From the IMG/VR virus record IMGVR_UViG_3300028197_000002: a stretch of 64,000 bases of DNA; one strand, 5' to 3'. The notes below the pieces were generated by a model that had not been told where the DNA came from, ran no database searches, and saw only the letters and a list, made by a program, of their open reading frames with translations. Shown piece by piece: positions 56,079 to 64,000 of this stretch. The translations under genes were made by a program, and so were the position numbers. Position 1 is the stretch's first letter, and the number at the start of each line of letters is the position of its first letter. This DNA comes from a virus (lineage: Duplodnaviria > Caudoviricetes).

Positions 56079-56433
56079 AAAAGTTTTTCTCGTATTGGGA
56101 TTGTTTGTTTGTGGCTGTAGTTCTATTTCTTTTAGAGCAAATGCGGATGAGTTTTTCATTCAGCCTCATATAGCACCTGCGGTTAAAGTAGAACAGTATC
56201 CGAGTTATTGGTATCAGGAATATCCAAGATACTTTGTTCCTCCAAGAGTTTATCCAACAAATCCTTATCACCTTCCTCCAACTTATATCATCCCTTCTTC
56301 TCCAACTCCTTATTACTATCTCCCAGCCCCAATATATCCATCTTATCCATCTTATGTAAATGTTCCTGTTTTAGTTGAAAGAGGATTTTTTTGCAAAAGA
56401 TATCATTGGACATATCAGCGACGATATTGGTGA
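56071..56433 (+). CDS. Pro/Tyr-rich putative lipoprotein
   Basis: TTG start, KKVFLVLGLFVCGC lipobox-like signal. Confidence 0.5.
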   Translation: MIKKVFLVLGLFVCGCSSISFRANADEFFIQPHIAPAVKVEQYPSYWYQEYPRYFVPPRVYPTNPYHLPPTYIIPSSPTPYYYLPAPIYPSYPSYVNVPVLVERGFFCKRYHWTYQRRYW

Positions 56434-56674
56434 TTTTCCAGATAAGATGATGGAGATGTCAAATCAAAATTCTTTATGGACTCTCGGAGTTCAGACTTTT
56501 TAAATTTTTTAACTAAGATGACAAATAATTTTTCTCCTGCATCTTTAAATAAGCAGGGGATTATGCCGTTGATAATTAATTGAAAGCCATGTTTTAATAT
56601 TATAAATCCATATTTGGACGCAAATAAGAAATGAGCTAGATATTCCATTTCTTTTTCTTTTGAATGTTTGCTCA

Positions 56675-56896
56675 TTATTCTTTTGTTTTATCGAAATTTT
56701 TGTATTTAAATTTCTTTACATCAATATTTTTTTCGTCTGCTTTTGGCCCAAGTTTTTGTATTGCATCTGCCGCGATTGAAGTGAAATAAAGAGCCGGATT
56801 TTCGCCTCTAATGTATCCGTCAGGATACGCCCAATGAGCAAGCCCTGTTCGACTTTGCTTTTCGTTCAATAATACAAATTCTTTAAAACTAATCAT
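56675..56896 (-). CDS. Small protein with T4-type leader
   Basis: MISFKEFVLLNE; CTAAATA 9 nt upstream (56906-56911). Confidence 0.65.
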   Translation of the reverse strand: MISFKEFVLLNEKQSRTGLAHWAYPDGYIRGENPALYFTSIAADAIQKLGPKADEKNIDVKKFKYKNFDKTKE

Positions 56897-56948
56897 AATA
56901 AATAATATTTAGTTGCTGGGAAGCCAAAATGTGAAAAATATTTGAGAT

Positions 56949-56959
56949 TAGTTTGCGGT
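56949..56959 (+). promoter_or_regulatory. TAGTTTRYGGT motif 6
   Basis: TAGTTTGCGGT(ATAAG) upstream of 56993. Confidence 0.65.
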
Positions 56960-56992
56960 ATAAGCATACACATTTATAGAGGATGAGCTTAT

Positions 56993-57346
56993 ATGATAGA
57001 CGAACCGGAAGAATATTGTTTTGATAGTCTTTCTTCAACTTTGAATATTTTAAATTCAAAGAATTTAGTTGAAATAGCCAAAGAAAAAGGCAGATTGTCT
57101 CAAGAACAAGAAAAAAGATTATTAAATTATGCAATTAAATCAGATAAATGCTCTGTTTTGATTGAATATGCCTACGCAATGCACTCAAAACTACCAGAAG
57201 AAATGCACAATTTTGTTGTTATGAACTCTGGGAGAGTTTCATTAAGTTACTTTAAATTACTGAATACTTTGAAGTCTAGCCTTAAAAGTATGGCATCAGT
57301 TGTTGGTGATAATTCAACTTTGAAACAAGTTATTGAAGAAATGTAA
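56993..57346 (+). CDS. Hypothetical protein
   Basis: ORF track, AGGA RBS. Confidence 0.6.
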   Translation: MIDEPEEYCFDSLSSTLNILNSKNLVEIAKEKGRLSQEQEKRLLNYAIKSDKCSVLIEYAYAMHSKLPEEMHNFVVMNSGRVSLSYFKLLNTLKSSLKSMASVVGDNSTLKQVIEEM

Positions 57347-58109
57347 AATGAATAAATCTGTTAAGAGTAGAATTATAGAACAATTTCAAAATGTGATTCT
57401 GTCAGAATCAAAAGTTACATTTTACAAAGACTATGACCGAAACAATGTTTTTATTGAAAAAGGTTCTACTGGTTACATAAAGAATTTCAAAGAACTTTGT
57501 GGAACTATAAGTCTTTTGAAATTTGAATTTTTTGAAACAAACGATGGCAGAGAATTTCCATATCGTGAAGTTAAACTTTTTCTTTTTGAAGCAGAAAAAC
57601 TTTTATGTGATTCCAGTTTGTTTCCATTTTTTTTCATACAAGGCAGTCAATTAGAAAACGGCATTCGAATTTCTAACTATGAATATTTAGAATACGTTTT
57701 TAATCATTCTTCCCATAGAGGAATATCAGATAGTAAAAAATTTGCTATGATCGCTGTAAAACATAAAACAAGACTTCCCAAAAAGATTGAGGAAGTAATT
57801 CTTGGCAACTATAAATTATCTAATCATTACTCAAGTGCTTTTGACATTAACTTGACTGAATTTCAACAAAAAGAATTTTTAAAAGATAAAACAGGAAGTT
57901 TTGCTGCAAAATATTCGATGGACTTGATAGATCGTCGAATAGAGGTTCCTGATTTCTTGCATAATTACTTGCTTTCTTTGAAGGCATTTGGGAATTTGTC
58001 TTCAATTGTAGAAATAAAGGGAAATGGCGAATTTGTTCCATCTTTAAATTATTTTGTTGAAATGTATATTAAAAAATCTGAAAATGAACATAAAAAAAAT
58101 TCAGAGTAG
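57333..58109 (+). CDS. Hypothetical protein
   Basis: ORF track. Confidence 0.65.
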   Translation: MKKCKMNKSVKSRIIEQFQNVILSESKVTFYKDYDRNNVFIEKGSTGYIKNFKELCGTISLLKFEFFETNDGREFPYREVKLFLFEAEKLLCDSSLFPFFFIQGSQLENGIRISNYEYLEYVFNHSSHRGISDSKKFAMIAVKHKTRLPKKIEEVILGNYKLSNHYSSAFDINLTEFQQKEFLKDKTGSFAAKYSMDLIDRRIEVPDFLHNYLLSLKAFGNLSSIVEIKGNGEFVPSLNYFVEMYIKKSENEHKKNSE

Positions 58110-58117
58110 TTTGCGGT
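58107..58117 (+). promoter_or_regulatory. TAGTTTRYGGT motif 7
   Basis: TAGTTTGCGGT overlapping the stop of 57333-58109. Confidence 0.65.
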
Positions 58118-58132
58118 AGAGTTATAGAATGA

Positions 58133-58348
58133 ATGATACTTGTAACTAAGGAGAATCAAATGAGAATACCTGAACCCGGACATGACAAAGGTTGGGGCGT
58201 GACTTTCGTAGCGTCACTAGCTTGGGCTTTTATTGGTATAGTTGCTCTTATGCTTTTGGGATTAAGTGTTCCAATTCTTATTCCAATCGCAATTTTTGGA
58301 CTTGGTACTTATACTTACGGACTGTTTTGTAAAAACATTGATGACTGA
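58133..58348 (+). CDS. Small membrane protein
   Basis: Two hydrophobic helices; AAGGAG RBS favours ATG near 58160. Confidence 0.6.
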   Translation: MILVTKENQMRIPEPGHDKGWGVTFVASLAWAFIGIVALMLLGLSVPILIPIAIFGLGTYTYGLFCKNIDD

Positions 58349-58398
58349 AATCATTTGTTGGGTGCAAGAATTGCAGAAAGAATGGAAAGGTTGATAAT

Positions 58399-59493
58399 AT
58401 GTCTGTTGTAGAATCTAAAGTTGTTGAGTCTATTAGTCTTTATTTCAATGCTGGTAGTAGCGATAAAGTTTACAATGCTTCTATTGAAGAATTTGATGGC
58501 AAGTATGTCGTCAACTTTGAATACGGACGCAGAGGTAGTGCTTTGAAATCAGGAAGTAAGACTTCTAGCCCTGTTTTGTTACAGGATGCTAAGATTGCTT
58601 ATGAAAAATTGATTAAAGAAAAGACTAAAAAAGGTTATCAAAAATTAGAAGGTGCGTATGATAAGCAGATTCTAGTTTCTGATTTGCCTGAAACTCAAGT
58701 TGTTGATTCTAAATGCGTATTGTTAAACCCAATTACAGGAGATGAAGTTAATGTTTATTGTGACAATCCTGATTGGATTGTTCAAGAAAAAATGGATGGA
58801 GTTAGATTTATGCTCCATAGGCAAGGTGGAAAGGTAACGTCTTATAATAGACGAGGGGTTTACGCTAACATTCCGGTAGACATTTACAATTTGACAAAAG
58901 ACTTGAAAGAAGATTTTTTCATTGATGGAGAACTTGTTGGAGAAGTCATGTATGTTTTTGACATGCTAGAATATAAAGGTAAAGACTATAGGGAAAGTTC
59001 GTTTTCCGAAAGGTTTAAGCAACTAAGAAGTTTTGTGAAAAGTTTGCCTAATCAAGATTGTATTGTTTTGACCAAGACCGCAAATAAAAACAAAATTAAA
59101 TTTGTAAATGAACTTGAGGAAAACAATAAAGAAGGAGCCGTATTCAAGAATAAAAACGCATCTTATTATGTAGGACGACCTGCTAGTGGAGGTGATTACG
59201 TCAAATTTAAGTTTTACAGCACTTGTAGTTGCGTTGTAAAAGAACTCAATGGAACTAAAAGAAGTGTTTTTCTTGAATTATTCAAAAACAAGAAAGCTGT
59301 AAAAGCAGGAAAGGTTACTATCCCTGCAAACTTTGATATTCCAGAAGTAGGACAAGTAGTAGAAGTTCGATACTTATATGCTTATAAGCAGTCAGGTGCA
59401 TTGTATCAGCCTGTTTACTTGGGCGTGAGAGATGATATTGTTCCAAGTGAATGCCAGCAGGCTCAATTAAAATATAAGTCGGAAGAAGATTAA
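58399..59493 (+). CDS. WGR domain plus ATP-dependent DNA ligase
   Basis: SDKVY..YGRRG..KEKTKKGY (WGR); QEKMDGVR, IDGEL, VFDML, EGAVFK, VKFK; EVRYLY. Confidence 0.88.
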   Translation: MSVVESKVVESISLYFNAGSSDKVYNASIEEFDGKYVVNFEYGRRGSALKSGSKTSSPVLLQDAKIAYEKLIKEKTKKGYQKLEGAYDKQILVSDLPETQVVDSKCVLLNPITGDEVNVYCDNPDWIVQEKMDGVRFMLHRQGGKVTSYNRRGVYANIPVDIYNLTKDLKEDFFIDGELVGEVMYVFDMLEYKGKDYRESSFSERFKQLRSFVKSLPNQDCIVLTKTANKNKIKFVNELEENNKEGAVFKNKNASYYVGRPASGGDYVKFKFYSTCSCVVKELNGTKRSVFLELFKNKKAVKAGKVTIPANFDIPEVGQVVEVRYLYAYKQSGALYQPVYLGVRDDIVPSECQQAQLKYKSEED

Positions 59494-59618
59494 TTTTAAT
59501 TGCTTCATTCATTGCGTTGTTAATTGGTTGTAAAGGTTTGTTTATTTTTACTTTTTTTGTAGTTTAATGATTGTTCTTTCTAAATATTATTTTATAATTT
59601 GAAAGCGTAAGGAACTTT

Positions 59619-59855
59619 ATGAGCAAATCTTGGTTAGGTGATTTTAATGTCATTGATAAAACTAAAGATCATCATAAAAGTGAATTACAAAAAAATAAAG
59701 AGAGGCAGTGTCGTCTAGAGATTAAAATCGTTTGTAATTCACTTCAAAGTGTTTTTAATTTAATAGATAATAAAATAGGAATTGATTTATTGGGGATTAT
59801 TGCTGTCCTTACAGGCTACGCAATATTCAACATATATTGTTCTTATTATTCTTAA
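59619..59855 (+). CDS. Small hypothetical membrane protein
   Basis: AAGGA RBS, C-terminal hydrophobic helix. Confidence 0.5.
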   Translation: MSKSWLGDFNVIDKTKDHHKSELQKNKERQCRLEIKIVCNSLQSVFNLIDNKIGIDLLGIIAVLTGYAIFNIYCSYYS

Positions 59856-59872
59856 TCAGTTAGTGGCGTTTA

Positions 59873-60148
59873 GTGGAGTACCTGCGGATGAAGATTCAAG
59901 AGACAGAAAAGAAATTTGGACAAAAACTCATAGTAGTCCAAAAATCAATTGAGTTAGCGTATATTTCTGGTAGCTTTCCTTCTTACCAGTTGGCATGTAA
60001 GAGGGTTGGATATGCTAGAGTAAATAGAAATAAGTTTCATGTAGGCGTGATTTATGATGAAACAGATTCTCTGGAAATTGGCGATGTAGAAGCTCTTGCC
60101 AAAGAAAGTGGATTAAAAATTATTTTAAATGAGAAGTGGAAGTCATAA
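59873..60148 (+). CDS. Hypothetical protein
   Basis: ORF track. Confidence 0.5.
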   Translation: MEYLRMKIQETEKKFGQKLIVVQKSIELAYISGSFPSYQLACKRVGYARVNRNKFHVGVIYDETDSLEIGDVEALAKESGLKIILNEKWKS

Positions 60149-60615
60149 TGACTGATGTGCTTTCTGATCGCCCGATGAAAATAAGATACCATTTACAGAA
60201 TGGTATTCATAAAAATCATTGGCAAATTAAAAATATTTTTAATAATTCTATAATTTATCTTGATCCCAAAGATCAGGTTATTCGGCTAACTGATAGTGTT
60301 CTCAAGAACAAACGATCAACAGCCGATAAGATTTATTGTGGAAAAACTAAAACTGTATGTAGTTGGGTACAGTTTAGGGATAGCAAACAGTTAAAAAAAG
60401 ATTATCGACCAAAGAAGCAACTTGTTAAAATAAATTACAACCCTAAAAAAACACCATACTGGAACGCTCAAGATGACCTGAAACGCCGTTACGATCTAGA
60501 CGAGTGTTGGTTTAGCTATTTGTATCTAGGTGCGTTACAAGGCCAGCTAGGAGTTTATGCTTGTAAGGATGAACTATTATCAAAATTCAACACGTTGAAT
60601 TTTGTTTGTTTCTAA
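60136..60615 (+). CDS. Phage-type hypothetical protein
   Basis: RYHLQNG..HWQIK..YNP motif pattern; function unknown. Confidence 0.55.
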   Translation: MEVIMTDVLSDRPMKIRYHLQNGIHKNHWQIKNIFNNSIIYLDPKDQVIRLTDSVLKNKRSTADKIYCGKTKTVCSWVQFRDSKQLKKDYRPKKQLVKINYNPKKTPYWNAQDDLKRRYDLDECWFSYLYLGALQGQLGVYACKDELLSKFNTLNFVCF

Positions 60616-60650
60616 GGGCTATTTAAAAATGTATATATTAATATTTAATA

Positions 60651-60658
60651 TATAAATA
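60651..60658 (+). promoter_or_regulatory. T4-like late promoter consensus
   Basis: TATAAATA 5 nt before ATG 60664. Confidence 0.45.
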
Positions 60659-60663
60659 ATTGC

Positions 60664-61464
60664 ATGATAATTAAAGATAAAAAATTTCTTTGGACTCATC
60701 CGCTAAAAATGGGTGGAACAAGTTTCAGAACAGTTTTAGTAACTCTGTTTAGTGATGGCAACACTCATGCAAGTCAAGGTGGTGGCAAGATAACTCTTAA
60801 TGATGGTCATAGATCATTAAAAAGTCTGTTGAGCATAGACCCCAAATACAAAAAATTTTACAAGGTTAGTTTATGTAGAAATCCGTGGGACAGAGTAGTT
60901 AGTTTCTGGTATCACAATAAGCGTCATATGGTATTGAATCGTGATACTTCTAAAGACTTAATAAATTCAAAATGCCAAGGATTTGCTCCGAGAAATATAG
61001 ATCAAATATTTTGGCAAAGTTGCACTTTTGAAGAATATTTGCAAAGCAAATACATAAATGATCTTTGTCCAAAAAAGTTTTATGTTTTTAATAACATTGA
61101 AGTAGATGAATATATTCGATACGAGCATTTTGAACTTGACATAGCGAATGTATTAAAAAAATTAGGTGTAAAAAGTAGCGAATATAAGCTACAGAACTTT
61201 AGTCACGATACTGCTCGAAAATGGGGAGTAGATGATTATCGAACGTACTACAATGACGACCAAGCTGAATTTATAGGCGAAAAATTTAAATATGAAATTA
61301 AAAAATTTAATTATTTGTTTGACAATGGCTGTAGAAAAAACTCTGAATCATATAAAAATGAATTAAAATCACGCATACGCCAAAACAAAGAAAAAATACA
61401 AAAACTGCAAAAACAAGTAGCTGTTGATGAATCTAAATTAAACAAGGAATACAAAGCAATATGA
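60664..61464 (+). CDS. Sulfotransferase family 2 protein with C-terminal coiled coil
   Basis: WTHPLKMGGTS, CRNPWDRVVSFW, IRYEHF. Confidence 0.82.
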   Translation: MIIKDKKFLWTHPLKMGGTSFRTVLVTLFSDGNTHASQGGGKITLNDGHRSLKSLLSIDPKYKKFYKVSLCRNPWDRVVSFWYHNKRHMVLNRDTSKDLINSKCQGFAPRNIDQIFWQSCTFEEYLQSKYINDLCPKKFYVFNNIEVDEYIRYEHFELDIANVLKKLGVKSSEYKLQNFSHDTARKWGVDDYRTYYNDDQAEFIGEKFKYEIKKFNYLFDNGCRKNSESYKNELKSRIRQNKEKIQKLQKQVAVDESKLNKEYKAI

Positions 61465-61558
61465 AAAAGTACGAAAAGAAAATTTTATTTTTTTGGTTGT
61501 TTTTTCATTTGTTATTTAATGGGTTGTTTCTTTTTAACGTAACCTTTAAAATAAACCC

Positions 61559-61987
61559 ATGAATCCTTTATTAGAAAAAAAATTAAATCGAAACTTTCCT
61601 GATTTGATACGTAATGATTTGTTTATTGAGTGTCTTGATGGTTGGTATCAAATAATACATGATATGTGTTATTTAATTGAGCAACAAGAGCCACACACTG
61701 TTCCAGTAGGTTATTATTCAACCAATCTTGATTCATCTAATGATATTGAAGTAGAAATAAATCAAATAAAAGAAAAGTTTGGTGGATTAAGAGTTTATTA
61801 TCATGGTGGTAATGATATTGTTGCTGGAATCGTAAAAATGGCAGAAAAACATAGTTTCTCAACATGCGAAAATTGTGGGAATCCAGCAAAGTGTAAAACA
61901 GTAGGTCATTTAACAAAAACAATTTGCAATAATTGTCGAAAATTTATGCAAGCTAAAAGCCTCAATAAGAAAAAATTGAAGCAATGA
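61559..61987 (+). CDS. Conserved phage protein with C-terminal Zn ribbon
   Basis: GWY, QIKEKFGGLRVY, CENCG..C..C. Confidence 0.7.
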   Translation: MNPLLEKKLNRNFPDLIRNDLFIECLDGWYQIIHDMCYLIEQQEPHTVPVGYYSTNLDSSNDIEVEINQIKEKFGGLRVYYHGGNDIVAGIVKMAEKHSFSTCENCGNPAKCKTVGHLTKTICNNCRKFMQAKSLNKKKLKQ

Positions 61988-62199
61988 GCCAACAGCAATT
62001 TGAAGAACGAACAAAGTGGGTCTATGACGAACAGAAATTTCCAGTCTGGAATAAGTCTTTTGATAAAGATGAGCGTGACGAAATGATCCGAGAAGATATA
62101 TGGGTTGGTCGTAGCATCTCATTTTTATTAGCCGCTTTGGTCGGAATTGGTCTGATTCTGGCAAGTCTTACCATTAATTTTATAACCAAATGGCAATAG
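61984..62199 (+). CDS. Small membrane protein
   Basis: ATGA coupling; C-terminal hydrophobic helix. Confidence 0.55.
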   Translation: MSQQQFEERTKWVYDEQKFPVWNKSFDKDERDEMIREDIWVGRSISFLLAALVGIGLILASLTINFITKWQ

Positions 62200-62299
62200 C
62201 GATGACTATTTCATAATCCGTCTTAACATTAAACTAATATTAATCTGACATTTGAAATTTCTTAATAGAGAAACACTCTTTATTAAGGAATTTTTCATT

Positions 62300-62695
62300 A
62301 TGAGAACAGCATTTATTTTATTATTTTTAGCATTGTTTCTTGGTTGTGGCAAAAGTTTGCCAGAAATTGAAAGCGTTTCAAATGTTGATGGCAAAATTTT
62401 AATGCCAAATGGTCGAGTTTTAAAACATGGAAGGTTGTTGTTTATTCCAACAGAGCATTATGATGTTGCTAGAAGTTTATCAGTAGACATAAAAGATGAT
62501 GGAAGTTTTAAATCAGAAGATAATTTATATGAAATAAATTATAAAATTATGGTTCTTACTGGAAGTGGAAAAGAACGCAGGTATATTAAAAAGTATGTTC
62601 CTGAAAAATATTATGATCGAGAAGAAGAAGACTCTGATTTATTTATAAATCCTGAAGTTCAAGCAGATAATTTGGTTTTAAAAATGACCAAATAA
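62300..62695 (+). CDS. Lipoprotein, carboxypeptidase-regulatory-like (Planctomycete-type)
   Basis: LFLGC lipobox; DGKI..G..L..GRLLFIP..DGSF pattern. Confidence 0.65.
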   Translation: MRTAFILLFLALFLGCGKSLPEIESVSNVDGKILMPNGRVLKHGRLLFIPTEHYDVARSLSVDIKDDGSFKSEDNLYEINYKIMVLTGSGKERRYIKKYVPEKYYDREEEDSDLFINPEVQADNLVLKMTK

Positions 62696-62764
62696 AATGA
62701 TTTTACTTATTAGAAAGATTATGCTAAAATCATTCTTAGATTTTTTAAAAATGGAGGTTTAAGA

Positions 62765-62989
62765 ATGCCAAGGGGGAAGAAAAGCAGTTGGACTCATGCA
62801 ATTTATTGCGATTATGGGAAGGCAGATGCAAGAATAATTAGACTTAGCTACAGTTCTGTTTCTGCTAAAAATGCTTGGGAAAAAATTTATAAATCTTATA
62901 GTCATAATAACTGGCGATGTTGGCAAGTAACAAAGCGTGGCAAAGTTATAAGAGATAGCAATAAGATTAAAGAAAAGGTACTAAATTAA
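62765..62989 (+). CDS. Small basic hypothetical protein
   Basis: GGAGG RBS. Confidence 0.6.
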   Translation: MPRGKKSSWTHAIYCDYGKADARIIRLSYSSVSAKNAWEKIYKSYSHNNWRCWQVTKRGKVIRDSNKIKEKVLN

Positions 62990-63346
62990 ATGATGCCAGT
63001 TCCCTACACCGAATGTATTACTTATCCTGATGAATATTACGGACATGATAAAATATTAAGGATAGAGCAATCGTATTATTTAACAGAATACATAGAGGAA
63101 AAAGCTCATAAATTAATAAATTTAGGTGGTAGATTTTTAATTAAGCGTGAAGAAGTTGCAAAGAACAAGTCTGCGAAGAAAACTCCACCGACTTATGGTT
63201 TAAATACTCTTATTTTTTCTACAGATTTAAGTGAGATGTTGTTGCCAGATCATACTAAAATCATATTGAGTAGCGAGAAAGAAACTCGCAAGAATTTTAT
63301 AGTTTTAATTAATTCTTCTTACCACAATATTTTTAAAAATGTATAA
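62990..63346 (+). CDS. Hypothetical protein
   Basis: ORF track. Confidence 0.5.
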   Translation: MMPVPYTECITYPDEYYGHDKILRIEQSYYLTEYIEEKAHKLINLGGRFLIKREEVAKNKSAKKTPPTYGLNTLIFSTDLSEMLLPDHTKIILSSEKETRKNFIVLINSSYHNIFKNV

Positions 63347-63545
63347 ATGGACAGAAATTAAAAAGTGGGCTAAAGAAAACAACCTTAGTATTTCTAAGAC
63401 TCCCAAAATAGATGAATTTATCTGGGGAGACAAGAAATATAGCAATTTAAATAAATTAGTCGCTGACTTGTATAATGAACTAACTAATAATGTTCATTTA
63501 GAGCATCAAAAAAACTATAAAAAAAACAATAGTAGTTCATGGTAG
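63339..63545 (+). CDS. Small hypothetical protein
   Basis: ORF track, overlap coupling. Confidence 0.5.
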   Translation: MYKWTEIKKWAKENNLSISKTPKIDEFIWGDKKYSNLNKLVADLYNELTNNVHLEHQKNYKKNNSSSW

Positions 63546-63583
63546 GTTTATAGAAACAACTATTTTCGCTATCGGAGTTTTTG

Positions 63584-64000
63584 ATGAGATATGGTCTTTG
63601 TTGTATTGCTTTAGGTTTAGAGCCAAAGAAATTCAGAAAAATGACATACAAGCGATTTAGTAGTTTAGATCGTGATGAGGCGTTATCTATTTTAGGAGAA
63701 CGCATTCTCAACAATATGGAGGTGACAAATGCTAGTATTAGCTACTGTTCAAAACATGATTACTGTTACCGTATTAGTAGTGACCTATTTCCTCTTGTTA
63801 CCTATCGTGCTGCTAATCTCAGTCTTTCTGATCTACCTCAACATGAGCGAATACTACAAGAAATAGAAAGCATAGGCGACAACATAGAGGAAACAAGAGT
63901 CAGAGTTAGTTGTCATCCAAGTGAGTTTAACGTATTGGCTTCTACAAATGAAGATGCTGTAAATCGTACCATTAGAGAGTTAAATTTCTACAGTGATTTT
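63584..64000 (+). CDS. uvsE: UV DNA damage endonuclease (UvsE/UvdE), truncated by the window edge
   Basis: Hand translation MRYGLCCI..YRISSDLFP..RVSCHPSEFNVLAS; absent from the ORF track because no stop occurs in the window. Confidence 0.9.
   Translation, partial: MRYGLCCIALGLEPKKFRKMTYKRFSSLDRDEALSILGERILNNMEVTNASISYCSKHDYCYRISSDLFPLVTYRAANLSLSDLPQHERILQEIESIGDNIEETRVRVSCHPSEFNVLASTNEDAVNRTIRELNFYSDF

Noticed and set aside
1837-63714. Many short antisense or nested ORFs in the track (e.g. 1837, 2423, 3070, 11146, 11614, 22815, 34673, 44651, 48936, 49650, 53040, 55286, 63484)
   Set aside because: They overlap well-supported genes on the other strand or frame and lack RBSs or motifs
1-64000. 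Stop-codon reassignment (common in jumbo phages)
   Set aside because: Long genes read through intact in the standard code and end with TAA, TAG and TGA at sensible positions

Overview
AT-rich (about 70% AT by eye), gene-dense 64 kb segment best read as part of a jumbo bacteriophage genome. This is inference: no capsid or terminase gene lies in the window, but it has bacterial RBSs and sigma70 promoters, T4-like late-promoter and capsid-targeting motifs, three ligase-family genes, tRNAs and many phage-type hypotheticals. Several host-derived genes (sigma factor, CsrA, stand-alone RNAP alpha-CTD, NKS..IR.Y nucleoid-type proteins, 2[4Fe-4S] ferredoxin, lipoproteins) resemble, from memory, Planctomycetota families. 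Layout: 0.2-21.8 kb is a glycan-building and tailoring island (glycosyl-, fucosyl-, sulfo-, methyl- and carbamoyltransferases, WbqC, DegT, PhyH, LRR, ATP-grasp). 21.9-38 kb carries translation and host-takeover genes (ligase-like NTase, TPR-GT, tilS with tRNA(CAU), Myb-like repeat protein, prs, csrA, clpX, tRNA-Asn, alpha-CTD, sigma). 38-48 kb has a kinase, an RNA end-healing pair and a repeat-flanked ferredoxin/phosphoesterase cassette. 48-64 kb is a mostly + strand block marked by a 7-copy TAGTTTRYGGT motif (second sigma-like gene, RuvB-like ATPase, two DNA ligases, uvsE). Top leads: TilS/tRNA-Ile2 cassette, T4-like capsid-targeting N-termini on a kinase and an RNA-repair phosphatase, a motif regulon whose products carry Ala-Ala ClpX degrons alongside a phage ClpX, and the sulfated/fucosylated glycan island. 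All family calls come from motif recognition by eye; no database search was run.
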